Shown: one piece after another, positions 19,684-28,104 of the stretch | Numbering within the stretch: position 1 is the stretch's first letter | Layout: every line of letters begins with the position of its first letter | IMG/VR virus record: IMGVR_UViG_3300028887_000082 | DNA length: 57,047 nt | Source of the DNA: a virus | Taxonomy: Duplodnaviria > Heunggongvirae > Uroviricota > Caudoviricetes | Reading direction: 5' to 3' (one strand) | Translations under genes and position numbers: made by a program | Notes under the pieces: generated by a model | Told to the model about the DNA's origin: nothing | The model's input: only the letters and a program-made list of their open reading frames with translations | Databases searched by the model: none

Positions 19684-19947
19684 ATGGAAATATTCAGAGC
19701 AATATATGACAAGAGAGTGTGGGATGATGGCCGCAATTATGATAGTCACATCATACACACTGAAATAGGTTTCTACACATCAAGAGAGAAGGCTGAAAGA
19801 GAATTGTATCTTTATATGACCCAGAGGATTGTAGGTCTTGACAAGGAGAGAACAAAGAAGTGTATATCCCAGACAAGTAAAGACAATAAGATTATTATCA
19901 ATAAGGATAATTATTACTGGATTGAACCGGTAGAAGTAAATGAATAA
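19684..19947 (+). CDS. hypothetical protein
   Basis: Start moved to ATG 19684 downstream of promoter. Confidence 0.7.
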   Translation: MEIFRAIYDKRVWDDGRNYDSHIIHTEIGFYTSREKAERELYLYMTQRIVGLDKERTKKCISQTSKDNKIIINKDNYYWIEPVEVNE

Positions 19948-19969
19948 TTATTAAAAAACTATAAGCATT

Positions 19970-20233
19970 ATGGATGATAAAATTGTATGTAAGAATTTAG
20001 ATGACTTTATAGAAAGATGTTGTCGGTACTTTAAGAATAATTATCTGTATGTGGCCGGTCATGAGTCATTTATCAGAGATTTTAAATCCTTCACAAGTAA
20101 GTTGAGTATTACTGGTAAGAAGTGGAGTGATTATGATGAGTGTATGCTTCAGAATATCATAAAGGATGAAAATTGTCCTCTTGACTCTGACCAAATAGAG
20201 TGGATAAAATCTCTAAAGAATATGTTGTCTTGA
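19970..20233 (+). CDS. hypothetical protein
   Basis: Operon packing. Confidence 0.65.
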   Translation: MDDKIVCKNLDDFIERCCRYFKNNYLYVAGHESFIRDFKSFTSKLSITGKKWSDYDECMLQNIIKDENCPLDSDQIEWIKSLKNMLS

Positions 20234-20249
20234 AACAAGCAATAGAGAT

Positions 20250-20567
20250 ATGAAAGAAATACATTTCTATACAAACCTCACCAATGAGGAACAGACTTCA
20301 GAGAAGGACCTGGATACTATGTTGGTGGATTACTTCACATCCTGGGCAGCAATTGAGAATCCTAATGTGGAGGTGGTGAAGACTACCCAGATTGCTTTAC
20401 TCAGGAATGCCTGGGATTACATCAGAAGAGGTGATGCAGTGTTCATCCACAATGGTAGGAAAGTCCTTGAGGTGAAGGAACATATGGAAGGTACACAGAA
20501 GGATATCAGAGTTGGTCACAACATCCTGAGTATCCTTACAGGAGGTACTTTCGGACCAATTGAATAA
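20250..20567 (+). CDS. hypothetical protein
   Basis: Operon packing. Confidence 0.7.
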   Translation: MKEIHFYTNLTNEEQTSEKDLDTMLVDYFTSWAAIENPNVEVVKTTQIALLRNAWDYIRRGDAVFIHNGRKVLEVKEHMEGTQKDIRVGHNILSILTGGTFGPIE

Positions 20568-20585
20568 CATTTAAATTATAAAAAT

Positions 20586-20774
20586 ATGAGTAGTGATAGC
20601 GGTTCATCAAGTGGTATTAGTTTTGGAGGAGCACTTTTTCTTATCTTCCTTATCCTTAAACTTGTGGGAGTGATTGACTGGAGTTGGTGGTGGGTTTTTT
20701 CACCCCTTTTGATTGGTGTGGGTTTCTGGATTTTGCTTATACTTTTTATAACAATTGTAATTAAAAGGTCATAA
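20586..20774 (+). CDS. small two-helix membrane protein
   Basis: LILKLVGVIDWSWWWVFSPL, a pattern common in phage genomes. Confidence 0.75.
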   Translation: MSSDSGSSSGISFGGALFLIFLILKLVGVIDWSWWWVFSPLLIGVGFWILLILFITIVIKRS

Positions 20775-20777
20775 ATT

Positions 20778-21314
20778 ATGAATAAAGAACAACCCCGTTT
20801 TCGTATCCTTAACAAGACCTCCAAGACAGTAACTTTGAGACTTGGAGACAAACCTATGACATTCCCCTGGGAAGAGTTCAACAAGAAACTTATTGTAGTT
20901 GACAAGATTTGGGCAACTTTCAATGAGGAGGAAGCAAAGAAACAAGCAGAGGCAGATGATCTCATCAATGATGCAGTTGTTGCTGTTCTCGTTCAGAATG
21001 GTGGTGGAGAGCCTGGATTCAAAATGATGCATATGGCTGCCCTTCCGGGTATTATTGACAAACTGACTGTACTCCTGGAGTGCAACAGGTTGGAGGTAAT
21101 GAACATCATCCGTAAGAGACTTATGGCTATGAATCCATTTATGTCCAAACCTATGTTCACAGATGATGAACTCAAAAGGAATGGTATCCATCATAAGAAG
21201 AAACATCTTCCAAAGGATGAAAAACCGGTTCCTGTGTTTGAGGTGGAGAAACCTACATTGGGAGATGCTTTCCCGGGTCTTGCTGACCTTAAAGAAAAAT
21301 TGGAGAATAAGTAA
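20778..21314 (+). CDS. hypothetical protein
   Basis: Operon packing. Confidence 0.75.
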   Translation: MNKEQPRFRILNKTSKTVTLRLGDKPMTFPWEEFNKKLIVVDKIWATFNEEEAKKQAEADDLINDAVVAVLVQNGGGEPGFKMMHMAALPGIIDKLTVLLECNRLEVMNIIRKRLMAMNPFMSKPMFTDDELKRNGIHHKKKHLPKDEKPVPVFEVEKPTLGDAFPGLADLKEKLENK

Positions 21315-21316
21315 AA

Positions 21317-22741
21317 ATGAAGAAAGAAGAATTCCTTAAAATAACCGGATATATTGGTGGTATCATCAAGGGTACTTCCTTTGAGAATCATGTCTTTGCT
21401 GTAGGCGGGTCTGTAAGAGACCTGTGTATGGGTAATGACATCAAGGATATTGACCTTGTAATAGATCTTCCTCATGGTGGTGTGGATTTTGCCAACTGGT
21501 GTAAGAACCAGGGTTACACAAACACTGTTGTGATTTATGAGACCTATGGAACAGCTATGTTCAAATTTAAGGAATTCCCTGGTGAGGAAATTGAGTGTGT
21601 GATGACCAGAGGTGAGAAGTATCTTGACAAGGAATCCAGAAACCCTGTGACATCATTTGCCGACATCAATGAGGATGCAATCAGAAGAGACCTCACCATC
21701 AATGCCCTTTATTATAATGTAAGTACAGGTGAAATCCTGGATCTGGTTGGTGGTATGAAGGATATTGAGGACCATATCATCAGGACCACCAATACTGACC
21801 CTGATGTTGTATTTGATGATGACCCCTTGAGAATCCTGCGAGTAATCCGTTTCGCAACAAGATATGGTTGGGAGATTGAGGAGAAGACCTTCAAGTCTAT
21901 GAAGAAATATGTCAGAAGACTTGACATCATCACCAAGGAGAGGATCCAGGCTGAACTCAACAAGATTCTTCTTTGTAGGAATGCAGTAATGGGTATAGGT
22001 TATATCCATGACATAGGTGCTATGAAATATGTCATCCCGGAGTTTGAGAAATGTTATGGTCTTGAGCAGAATGCTTTTCATTTCGGTGATGTGGCAGAAC
22101 ACACCCTTGCTGTCCTTCAACACCATTGTGAAACCTTTGAACCCAATCTGACAGAGAGACTGGCATGTCTTCTCCATGACATTGGTAAGGTCATCACAAT
22201 GACAGTAAAGGATGGTAAAGTACATTTCTACAACCATGAATATGCAGGTGTGGGTATGGCTGTAAATATCCTCAAAGATTTGAAGTATGACAATGACACC
22301 ATTGATGAGGTATGTTTCCTTATCAAGAACCATATGAGAACCAAGCAGATGGGTGATGGTGCCAGACTTATGAAGGATAAGTCTCTGAACAAACTCCTTT
22401 ATGAGTGCAAGACCTATGAGAGATTTGAGTCTCTTATGAGGATAATTGAGTGTGACAACCTGGCACACAAGAAGGAGTGCTGCATATATCACCAATACAA
22501 GGAACTGACAGAGAAGGTAAAGGGTTCAGACACTTATATGAAGATGTTTGGATACAGACTTCCTGTAACCGGTAATGACATTATGGAAACCTTGGGTATT
22601 GCACCTGGTCCCATTATTGCAGAGATAAACAACAGACTTCTCAAGCAGGCATTCAACAATCCTGGTATCACGAAGGAGAGTTGTCTTGCTATGCTTCCAA
22701 GACTGAATAAAGAGGCAGAACAGGTAATCAAGGAGAAATGA
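21317..22741 (+). CDS. cca: tRNA nucleotidyltransferase (CCA-adding/poly(A) polymerase family) with HD domain
   Basis: VGGSVRD..DIDL, RRDLTINAL, DDPLRILRVIRF, LLHDIGK. Confidence 0.9.
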   Translation: MKKEEFLKITGYIGGIIKGTSFENHVFAVGGSVRDLCMGNDIKDIDLVIDLPHGGVDFANWCKNQGYTNTVVIYETYGTAMFKFKEFPGEEIECVMTRGEKYLDKESRNPVTSFADINEDAIRRDLTINALYYNVSTGEILDLVGGMKDIEDHIIRTTNTDPDVVFDDDPLRILRVIRFATRYGWEIEEKTFKSMKKYVRRLDIITKERIQAELNKILLCRNAVMGIGYIHDIGAMKYVIPEFEKCYGLEQNAFHFGDVAEHTLAVLQHHCETFEPNLTERLACLLHDIGKVITMTVKDGKVHFYNHEYAGVGMAVNILKDLKYDNDTIDEVCFLIKNHMRTKQMGDGARLMKDKSLNKLLYECKTYERFESLMRIIECDNLAHKKECCIYHQYKELTEKVKGSDTYMKMFGYRLPVTGNDIMETLGIAPGPIIAEINNRLLKQAFNNPGITKESCLAMLPRLNKEAEQVIKEK

Positions 22742-23127
22742 AGCAGAACAAATACATAATCCTGGTTAAGAATGGTAATGTTGAGTTCAGATGTGGATAT
22801 GTCATCAGACATGCCCATCTTCTTAACAAACCTGATGAGGACCAGTATGTAATAGGTGGAGGAAAGTTTGCTTTCAGTGATGAGGATAATGCTGTAGTCC
22901 TTTATGGTGCCAGTGATGATTATGGTTATCCCAGGAACATTGGGGAGAATCTTAAAAAGTGTTATGCTTCGGCAATGGAATCACTTGGAGATGAATATTA
23001 CTATCACTTCAAAGAGTATGAGGAAATGCCAGATGGTTACAGACTGGTCTATGTTGATCCCTTTGGTGTGTCCAGGGATGTAAATACAGGTAAGGTAGTA
23101 CTTCTCAAAACCAGATGTTATGCCTGA
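22738..23127 (+). CDS. hypothetical protein
   Basis: ATGA overlap. Confidence 0.7.
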   Translation: MKQNKYIILVKNGNVEFRCGYVIRHAHLLNKPDEDQYVIGGGKFAFSDEDNAVVLYGASDDYGYPRNIGENLKKCYASAMESLGDEYYYHFKEYEEMPDGYRLVYVDPFGVSRDVNTGKVVLLKTRCYA

Positions 23128-23266
23128 TTCATTCTATGCCGGAGTAACCGTCTGTGGTGTCTATTCTGAAGGTTGGGTAATTCCCCAATACTTTGATAAT
23201 GGAGAATGGTGGTACTGGATGCCTGGTGTCGGAACAGTTCCAGAACATAATCTTATAAAAAAGTGA
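23120..23266 (+). CDS. small hypothetical protein (48 aa, absent from ORF track)
   Basis: MPDSFYAGVTVCG...NLIKK*, overlaps previous stop, ends in terminator. Confidence 0.6.
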   Translation: MPDSFYAGVTVCGVYSEGWVIPQYFDNGEWWYWMPGVGTVPEHNLIKK

Positions 23267-23288
23267 GGATTTTTTCCTCACTTTTTTT
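23257..23288 (+). terminator. intrinsic terminator
   Basis: AAAAAGTGAGGA/TCCTCACTTTT stem plus T-tract. Confidence 0.8.
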
Positions 23289-23317
23289 GGTTATATCAAA
23301 TATTATTATTATCTTTG
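23286..23317 (+). promoter_or_regulatory. Bacteroidota sigma70-type promoter
   Basis: TTTG (23286) - 20 nt - TATCTTTG (23310). Confidence 0.75.
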
Positions 23318-23341
23318 TATCAGAAACAAACAATAACAGAT

Positions 23342-23965
23342 ATGACACCTTTAGAACTTATTAAGAAAGACCTCCAGGAGAGGAAGGATTTGTATGGTCG
23401 TCCTATGATTGATTCATATGTCATTCTGAAGAAGGATGACAAGGGATATTACATTGAGTATGCATTCAAGGAGGGTGCTCCCCATGACAACCGTTGTCTG
23501 TCCTGGTATGACTCTTATCAGGAGAAAGCATATCTTTATAATGGCTGGTGTCAGTCAAATGGGGTTGATCTCCCAGAAGAGGAAACCAGAAAGATTCTGG
23601 ATTCTATCAGAAAGAAGAGAGAGGAAAGGGTTGGAAAGATTTTCATACTCCATTCATTTACATGTGGTTATGAGGAGGATGAAAAGGGTCGCCTTGAAGA
23701 GGCAGAAAAGTCCTGGATTGAATTCAAGGAGTATCATTCCGATGAGAATGGTGTAATGAAACCCTTTGTTCCAGGAGACCACATCTGTAAGGTTGGTTGT
23801 CCTGCCAAGGAATGTGACTGGGTTAAGAATAAGAAACACCCCTGGACATATGAAGAACCTGTCAAGTGTGCCTGTTGGAAACTTGAGGATGGTGTGACTA
23901 TGGAGGAATTCATCAACAACTATAGAATTTCAATGAAGGCCACAGAGTTGGCCAAGCTTCTCTGA
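23342..23965 (+). CDS. hypothetical protein
   Basis: Start moved to ATG 23342; Cys-containing C-terminus. Confidence 0.75.
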   Translation: MTPLELIKKDLQERKDLYGRPMIDSYVILKKDDKGYYIEYAFKEGAPHDNRCLSWYDSYQEKAYLYNGWCQSNGVDLPEEETRKILDSIRKKREERVGKIFILHSFTCGYEEDEKGRLEEAEKSWIEFKEYHSDENGVMKPFVPGDHICKVGCPAKECDWVKNKKHPWTYEEPVKCACWKLEDGVTMEEFINNYRISMKATELAKLL

Positions 23966-23966
23966 T

Positions 23967-24542
23967 ATGGATAAACTCATCAATTATATTGAGTTCCGGG
24001 CCGCCAAGTATGGTATGATAAAGGGTATTGCCTCCACCAGTTCTATGTACTATCAGATTGGTATCAACAAGGTGAGGGTGTCTGATCATATCAAATATGG
24101 TGAAGATAGTGTAAAGGAATGTGATTATTACTTCATCATCCAACCAAATGACACATACATTTTCCTCACCAGTCCCAAATATGTAAAGGGTGGTAAGGGT
24201 TATTTGAAGATTGTGTCATATGAAGAGGCAAAAGATTTCATCAAGTCACTTGATGAGTTTGCAATGCAGTACACCAAGATGACTGACTGGTATATCCCGG
24301 AAGACTGGAACAGACAGCTTGAACCAAGGAGAGTGGATAAAATGCCTTGGGAGGAGTTCTACAAGAAGTTCCTGGAAGGTAAGTCTGAGCAGTATATAAT
24401 GGGAGTTATCAGTAGGATTGAATCCCTTGTATATGGCAACCCCAAGAAGGGAAACATTAATGCAAAGATGGAGATAATTGAATCTTTATATGATGGTCTG
24501 ACTGCATCCCAGTATGGTGCTCTTATGGCAAAAATGGAGTAA
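23967..24542 (+). CDS. hypothetical protein
   Basis: Operon packing. Confidence 0.75.
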   Translation: MDKLINYIEFRAAKYGMIKGIASTSSMYYQIGINKVRVSDHIKYGEDSVKECDYYFIIQPNDTYIFLTSPKYVKGGKGYLKIVSYEEAKDFIKSLDEFAMQYTKMTDWYIPEDWNRQLEPRRVDKMPWEEFYKKFLEGKSEQYIMGVISRIESLVYGNPKKGNINAKMEIIESLYDGLTASQYGALMAKME

Positions 24543-24590
24543 TAAAAATTTTCAGATTTTTTGTTATATTTAGTTTGTGTAAGTTTTACA

Positions 24591-24673
24591 CATAAATATA
24601 ATGTAAGCTGGAAATAAAAATCCACAGAATCCTATCTGGATTCAGAATGTGAGGTAATAAAAACAGGTTACGT
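24591..24673 (+). promoter_or_regulatory. late-promoter motif plus structured 5' leader of NAD cluster
   Basis: CATAAATA 24591-24598; ATGTAA/TTACGT closure; GAATCC/GGATTC hairpin. Confidence 0.4.
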
Positions 24674-24704
24674 AAAGTAATACAAATTAAAGTTTATATA
24701 ACTT

Positions 24705-25247
24705 ATGAAAAAAATTCTCGTTGTCGTCGACATGCAGAACGACTTTCTTACTGGCGCACTCGCCAATGAATCTGCTGTAAATGTTATCCCCAATATCAAG
24801 AGGGAAATCGAAAGTGGTAATTACACCCACATTATCTTTACAAGAGACACCCACACAAGTGATTATCTGAAGACTCAGGAAGGTAAGCTCCTCCCTGTAC
24901 CTCATTGTATCTATCTCACAAAGGGTTGGGAAGTCTGTGAGGAACTTGAGGATGCTGATTTCAAAGGCATTGAACCAATGTTCCTTGACAAACCGACATT
25001 TGGTTACAATGATTGGATTGGTTATTTTGACAATAACTATCTGATAGGTAATGACTCAGAGTTCACATTTACCGGTACTTGCACCGACATCTGTGTAGTA
25101 AGTAATGCACTTGCAATCAAGGCAGCCTTCCCTGAAGCAAAGGTAAGATGTCTTGCTGACTGCTGTGCACCTCTCTTTGGTGACCCCAAGAGACAGGAAT
25201 CAGCACTCACTGTCATGGAATCATGTCAGGTGGAAGTTGTTAGGTAA
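24705..25247 (+). CDS. pncA: nicotinamidase (isochorismatase family)
   Basis: VVDMQNDF, DTH, PHC, DKPTFG, GTCTDICV. Confidence 0.85.
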   Translation: MKKILVVVDMQNDFLTGALANESAVNVIPNIKREIESGNYTHIIFTRDTHTSDYLKTQEGKLLPVPHCIYLTKGWEVCEELEDADFKGIEPMFLDKPTFGYNDWIGYFDNNYLIGNDSEFTFTGTCTDICVVSNALAIKAAFPEAKVRCLADCCAPLFGDPKRQESALTVMESCQVEVVR

Positions 25248-25263
25248 TTGAAAGTGGGTAGTT

Positions 25264-26085
25264 ATGGAATACGTCGCCGGAAGATCAAATCTCGCTTGTA
25301 CTATCTTTGTACCCTTTGATTGTGACAATAATTGTCCTTTCTGTACTTCAAAGTGGATGTACAGGGAATCTGGAATTGAAATGAACATTGACAGAATCCT
25401 TGAAATGATAAGGTATGTCAATGAATCACCTGTCATTTCAGAATTTGTCATTACCGGTGGTGAACCTACTGCCAATCTCACACTTCTCAAAAAGATTGTT
25501 GATGTCTGTCAGAAAAAGGTATTTATCAACACCACCCTCCCCAAGAAAAACATTGATGCTGTTATTGAGTATCTGAATAGTGAGGATAAGATTTGTGGTG
25601 TCAATGTTTCCCGTCAGTTTGGTAAGCTCAACAATCTTTATAAGTATGTCGCCAGTCCTGAAGACATTCTTAAAATCAGGACTTCCATCAGAATCAATGT
25701 GATGAGAACCAAGGATTGGATCGAGAACCTGGACCAGTTTATGGAAACCTGGATCAGAAGGTCTGACATTCTCCTCAATCTACGTGAGGATTACCGTTAC
25801 ATCACAAAGGAAAATCTCAAGCTCAGGAATGATATAGTTGATTACCTCGCAAACCGTTTCGTGTATGTTGGAGGTAGTGGTTGTATGGTTTGTAATGGTG
25901 AGACATTCGTCAATCCTAATACAGACCAGTTTATCCACTATCACAGAGGTATTGAACACTCTTGTGTGAGATATGCAGACAGAACCTATGTCAATGATGT
26001 CATTATCCGTCCGGATGGAAGGGTATATGATGACTGGGACTGGTCTGTTGAGATGGATGGAGATACAATTAAACATATCAAGTGA
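25264..26085 (+). CDS. radical SAM protein
   Basis: CDNNCPFC (CxxxCxxC), ITGGEPT, C-terminal CMVC and HSC. Confidence 0.85.
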   Translation: MEYVAGRSNLACTIFVPFDCDNNCPFCTSKWMYRESGIEMNIDRILEMIRYVNESPVISEFVITGGEPTANLTLLKKIVDVCQKKVFINTTLPKKNIDAVIEYLNSEDKICGVNVSRQFGKLNNLYKYVASPEDILKIRTSIRINVMRTKDWIENLDQFMETWIRRSDILLNLREDYRYITKENLKLRNDIVDYLANRFVYVGGSGCMVCNGETFVNPNTDQFIHYHRGIEHSCVRYADRTYVNDVIIRPDGRVYDDWDWSVEMDGDTIKHIK

Positions 26086-26127
26086 TTATAACCAAGAAAT
26101 TTATTGATATAACAAAATAAGAAAACT

Positions 26128-26280
26128 ATGTGTGGATATTCTAATTACAGATACTCCAGTGGCTGTGGATCATCAGGCTGTGGATCATCAGGTTGCGGAG
26201 GTGGAGATTACAGACAATATCGTCCATCATATGGTGGATGTGGTTCATCAGGTTGTGGGGGATCCTGGGGTTGTGGTTAA
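26128..26280 (+). CDS. 50-aa Gly/Cys/Ser-rich repeat peptide, candidate radical-SAM substrate (absent from ORF track)
   Basis: MCGYSNYRYSSGCGSSGCGSSGCGGGDYRQYRPSYGGCGSSGCGGSWGCG*; fills the gap between radical SAM gene and the next promoter. Confidence 0.75.
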   Translation: MCGYSNYRYSSGCGSSGCGSSGCGGGDYRQYRPSYGGCGSSGCGGSWGCG

Positions 26281-26284
26281 AAAA

Positions 26285-26316
26285 ATTGGAAAACCCAAAA
26301 TAAAACATTATATTTG
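26285..26316 (+). promoter_or_regulatory. Bacteroidota sigma70-type promoter (variant -33)
   Basis: ATTG (26285) - 20 nt - TATATTTG (26309). Confidence 0.6.
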
Positions 26317-26335
26317 TAACAAGAAAGTAAAAGAT

Positions 26336-27166
26336 ATGATTACAGTAAATCACAGATTAGTAAAAGTTGGGCATTTCCCTGATGGTACACAGTGTATTGT
26401 GTTTCCATCTGATGCCCTCTGGAAAGAGCTGGATAATCCAAATGAGATTTCCTGGTATTATGATTCGGATGAAGAGTTATTTACTCTTGCATGCACTGTG
26501 GACTGGATTCACAGGACTGATGTAAAGAAGAGCAGACTCATTCTGAATCTCCCCTATGTTCCCAATGCCAGAATGGACAGAATCAAGGATGATATTGAGA
26601 ATTTCTCACTTAAGGTATTTGCAAATTTCATCAACTCAATGGGATTTGATGAAGTCAATGTGTACAATGTCCATTCCAATGTAAGTGAGGCACTGATTAA
26701 CAGTGTACATTCTTCAAAACCTGCTGCTGATATTATTTCAGCAATAGACAAATATCAACCAGATGTCATTTTCTTCCCAGATGAAGGTGCATGTAAAAGG
26801 TATTATGACCTGGGAGTCATCAAGAATTCCGGTCTCCCTGTTACATTCGGTATCAAGAAAAGAGACTGGAAGACAGGAAAAATCCAGGGATTGAATGTCA
26901 TTTCAGATATTGACCTCACTGGAAAGAAGGTTCTTATCATTGATGACATCTGTTCGGCTGGTGGAACATTCAAGTTCTCTGCAATAAAACTCAAGGAGAT
27001 GGGTGCTTCTGATGTTGCTCTTTATGTATCACACTGTGAGGACAATATTCAGAATGGAGACCTCCTTAAGACTGACCTGGTATCAAAGATTTATACCACA
27101 GACTCAATCCTCCACATCACTGATCCCAAGATTGAGATTATACACAAAATGAGAATAACACTATGA
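26336..27166 (+). CDS. prs: ribose-phosphate pyrophosphokinase-like protein (Prs / possible Adps)
   Basis: PYVPNARMDR, FPDEGA, LIIDDICSAGGTF; true start ATG 26336. Confidence 0.85.
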   Translation: MITVNHRLVKVGHFPDGTQCIVFPSDALWKELDNPNEISWYYDSDEELFTLACTVDWIHRTDVKKSRLILNLPYVPNARMDRIKDDIENFSLKVFANFINSMGFDEVNVYNVHSNVSEALINSVHSSKPAADIISAIDKYQPDVIFFPDEGACKRYYDLGVIKNSGLPVTFGIKKRDWKTGKIQGLNVISDIDLTGKKVLIIDDICSAGGTFKFSAIKLKEMGASDVALYVSHCEDNIQNGDLLKTDLVSKIYTTDSILHITDPKIEIIHKMRITL

Positions 27167-28074
27167 GTATAATGAATTATAAGATATTTGAATCATCCAA
27201 TAAGGATGTAAAGAAGTTTGTCTTCACAAAAGACAATGAAGATGGTACCAGGGATATTGCCGTTGAGGCAGTCCTTTACAGATATGGAAACTATGCAACC
27301 AGGACCGTCATCTGTTGTTCAACCCAGTGTGGTTGTCCTGTAGGATGCAGTTTCTGTGGAACAGGAAAGTTCTTTGTAAGAAACCTCACCTGGGAGGAGA
27401 TATGTGAACAGGTTATATCAGTTCTTTCAACCATTGACTGTGAGACCTCTGAAATCAAGAAGTTCCAGATTATGTTTATGAGTATGGGTGAACCCTTCCT
27501 CAACTACTACAATCTGGAAACTGCAATCAGAGTACTGCATGAGAAATATCCCAATGCACAGCTTCTTGTCAGTACATCTGCACCCACATCAATGAAGAAT
27601 CACTTTGATGAGTTCATTGCTCTTTCAAAGGAGATTGACAAGGTTGGTTTGCAGTTCTCTGTCCATGAGTCTCTTGATGAGAACAGAAGGAAACTCATTC
27701 CCACCAACACATCAACCCTGAAGGAGATTTCAGAATATGGTGAACTCTGGGCATCCCAGGTAGGAAGAAAGGTGTTCTACAACTATTGTGTACACCCGGG
27801 TAATGATTCGGAGGAGGATGCAGACAGACTTATCAAACTGTTCAACCCCGCTTGTTGGGAAACAACCCTTTCAGTCATCTGTGAAAAATCAGAAAGTGTG
27901 AAGTCAAGTATTGAAAGACAGCTTGAAATAATCAACACATTTGCAGGTTATCTCACCCAGAAAGGTGCATCCCTCAGAATATTCAACCCTGCCGGACAGG
28001 ATGACATAGGTGGTGGTTGTGGTCAGCTCTGGTTTTTCCAGGAATGGCTCAAAAAGAGAAATAATAACAAATAA
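27163..28074 (+). CDS. RlmN/Cfr-family radical SAM methyltransferase
   Basis: CSTQCGCPVGCSFCGTG, FMSMGEPFLN, C-terminal GGGCGQL. Confidence 0.85.
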   Translation: MSIMNYKIFESSNKDVKKFVFTKDNEDGTRDIAVEAVLYRYGNYATRTVICCSTQCGCPVGCSFCGTGKFFVRNLTWEEICEQVISVLSTIDCETSEIKKFQIMFMSMGEPFLNYYNLETAIRVLHEKYPNAQLLVSTSAPTSMKNHFDEFIALSKEIDKVGLQFSVHESLDENRRKLIPTNTSTLKEISEYGELWASQVGRKVFYNYCVHPGNDSEEDADRLIKLFNPACWETTLSVICEKSESVKSSIERQLEIINTFAGYLTQKGASLRIFNPAGQDDIGGGCGQLWFFQEWLKKRNNNK

Positions 28075-28104
28075 TCATTTATACAATTAAAATCTTATAT
28101 AGAT

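Noticed and set aside
26132-26335. 68-aa N-terminal extension on the Prs ORF in the track (VDHQAVDHQ repeats)
   Set aside because: It is the off-frame shadow of the GCGSS peptide ORF; a promoter at 26285-26316 and ATG 26336 give the natural Prs start
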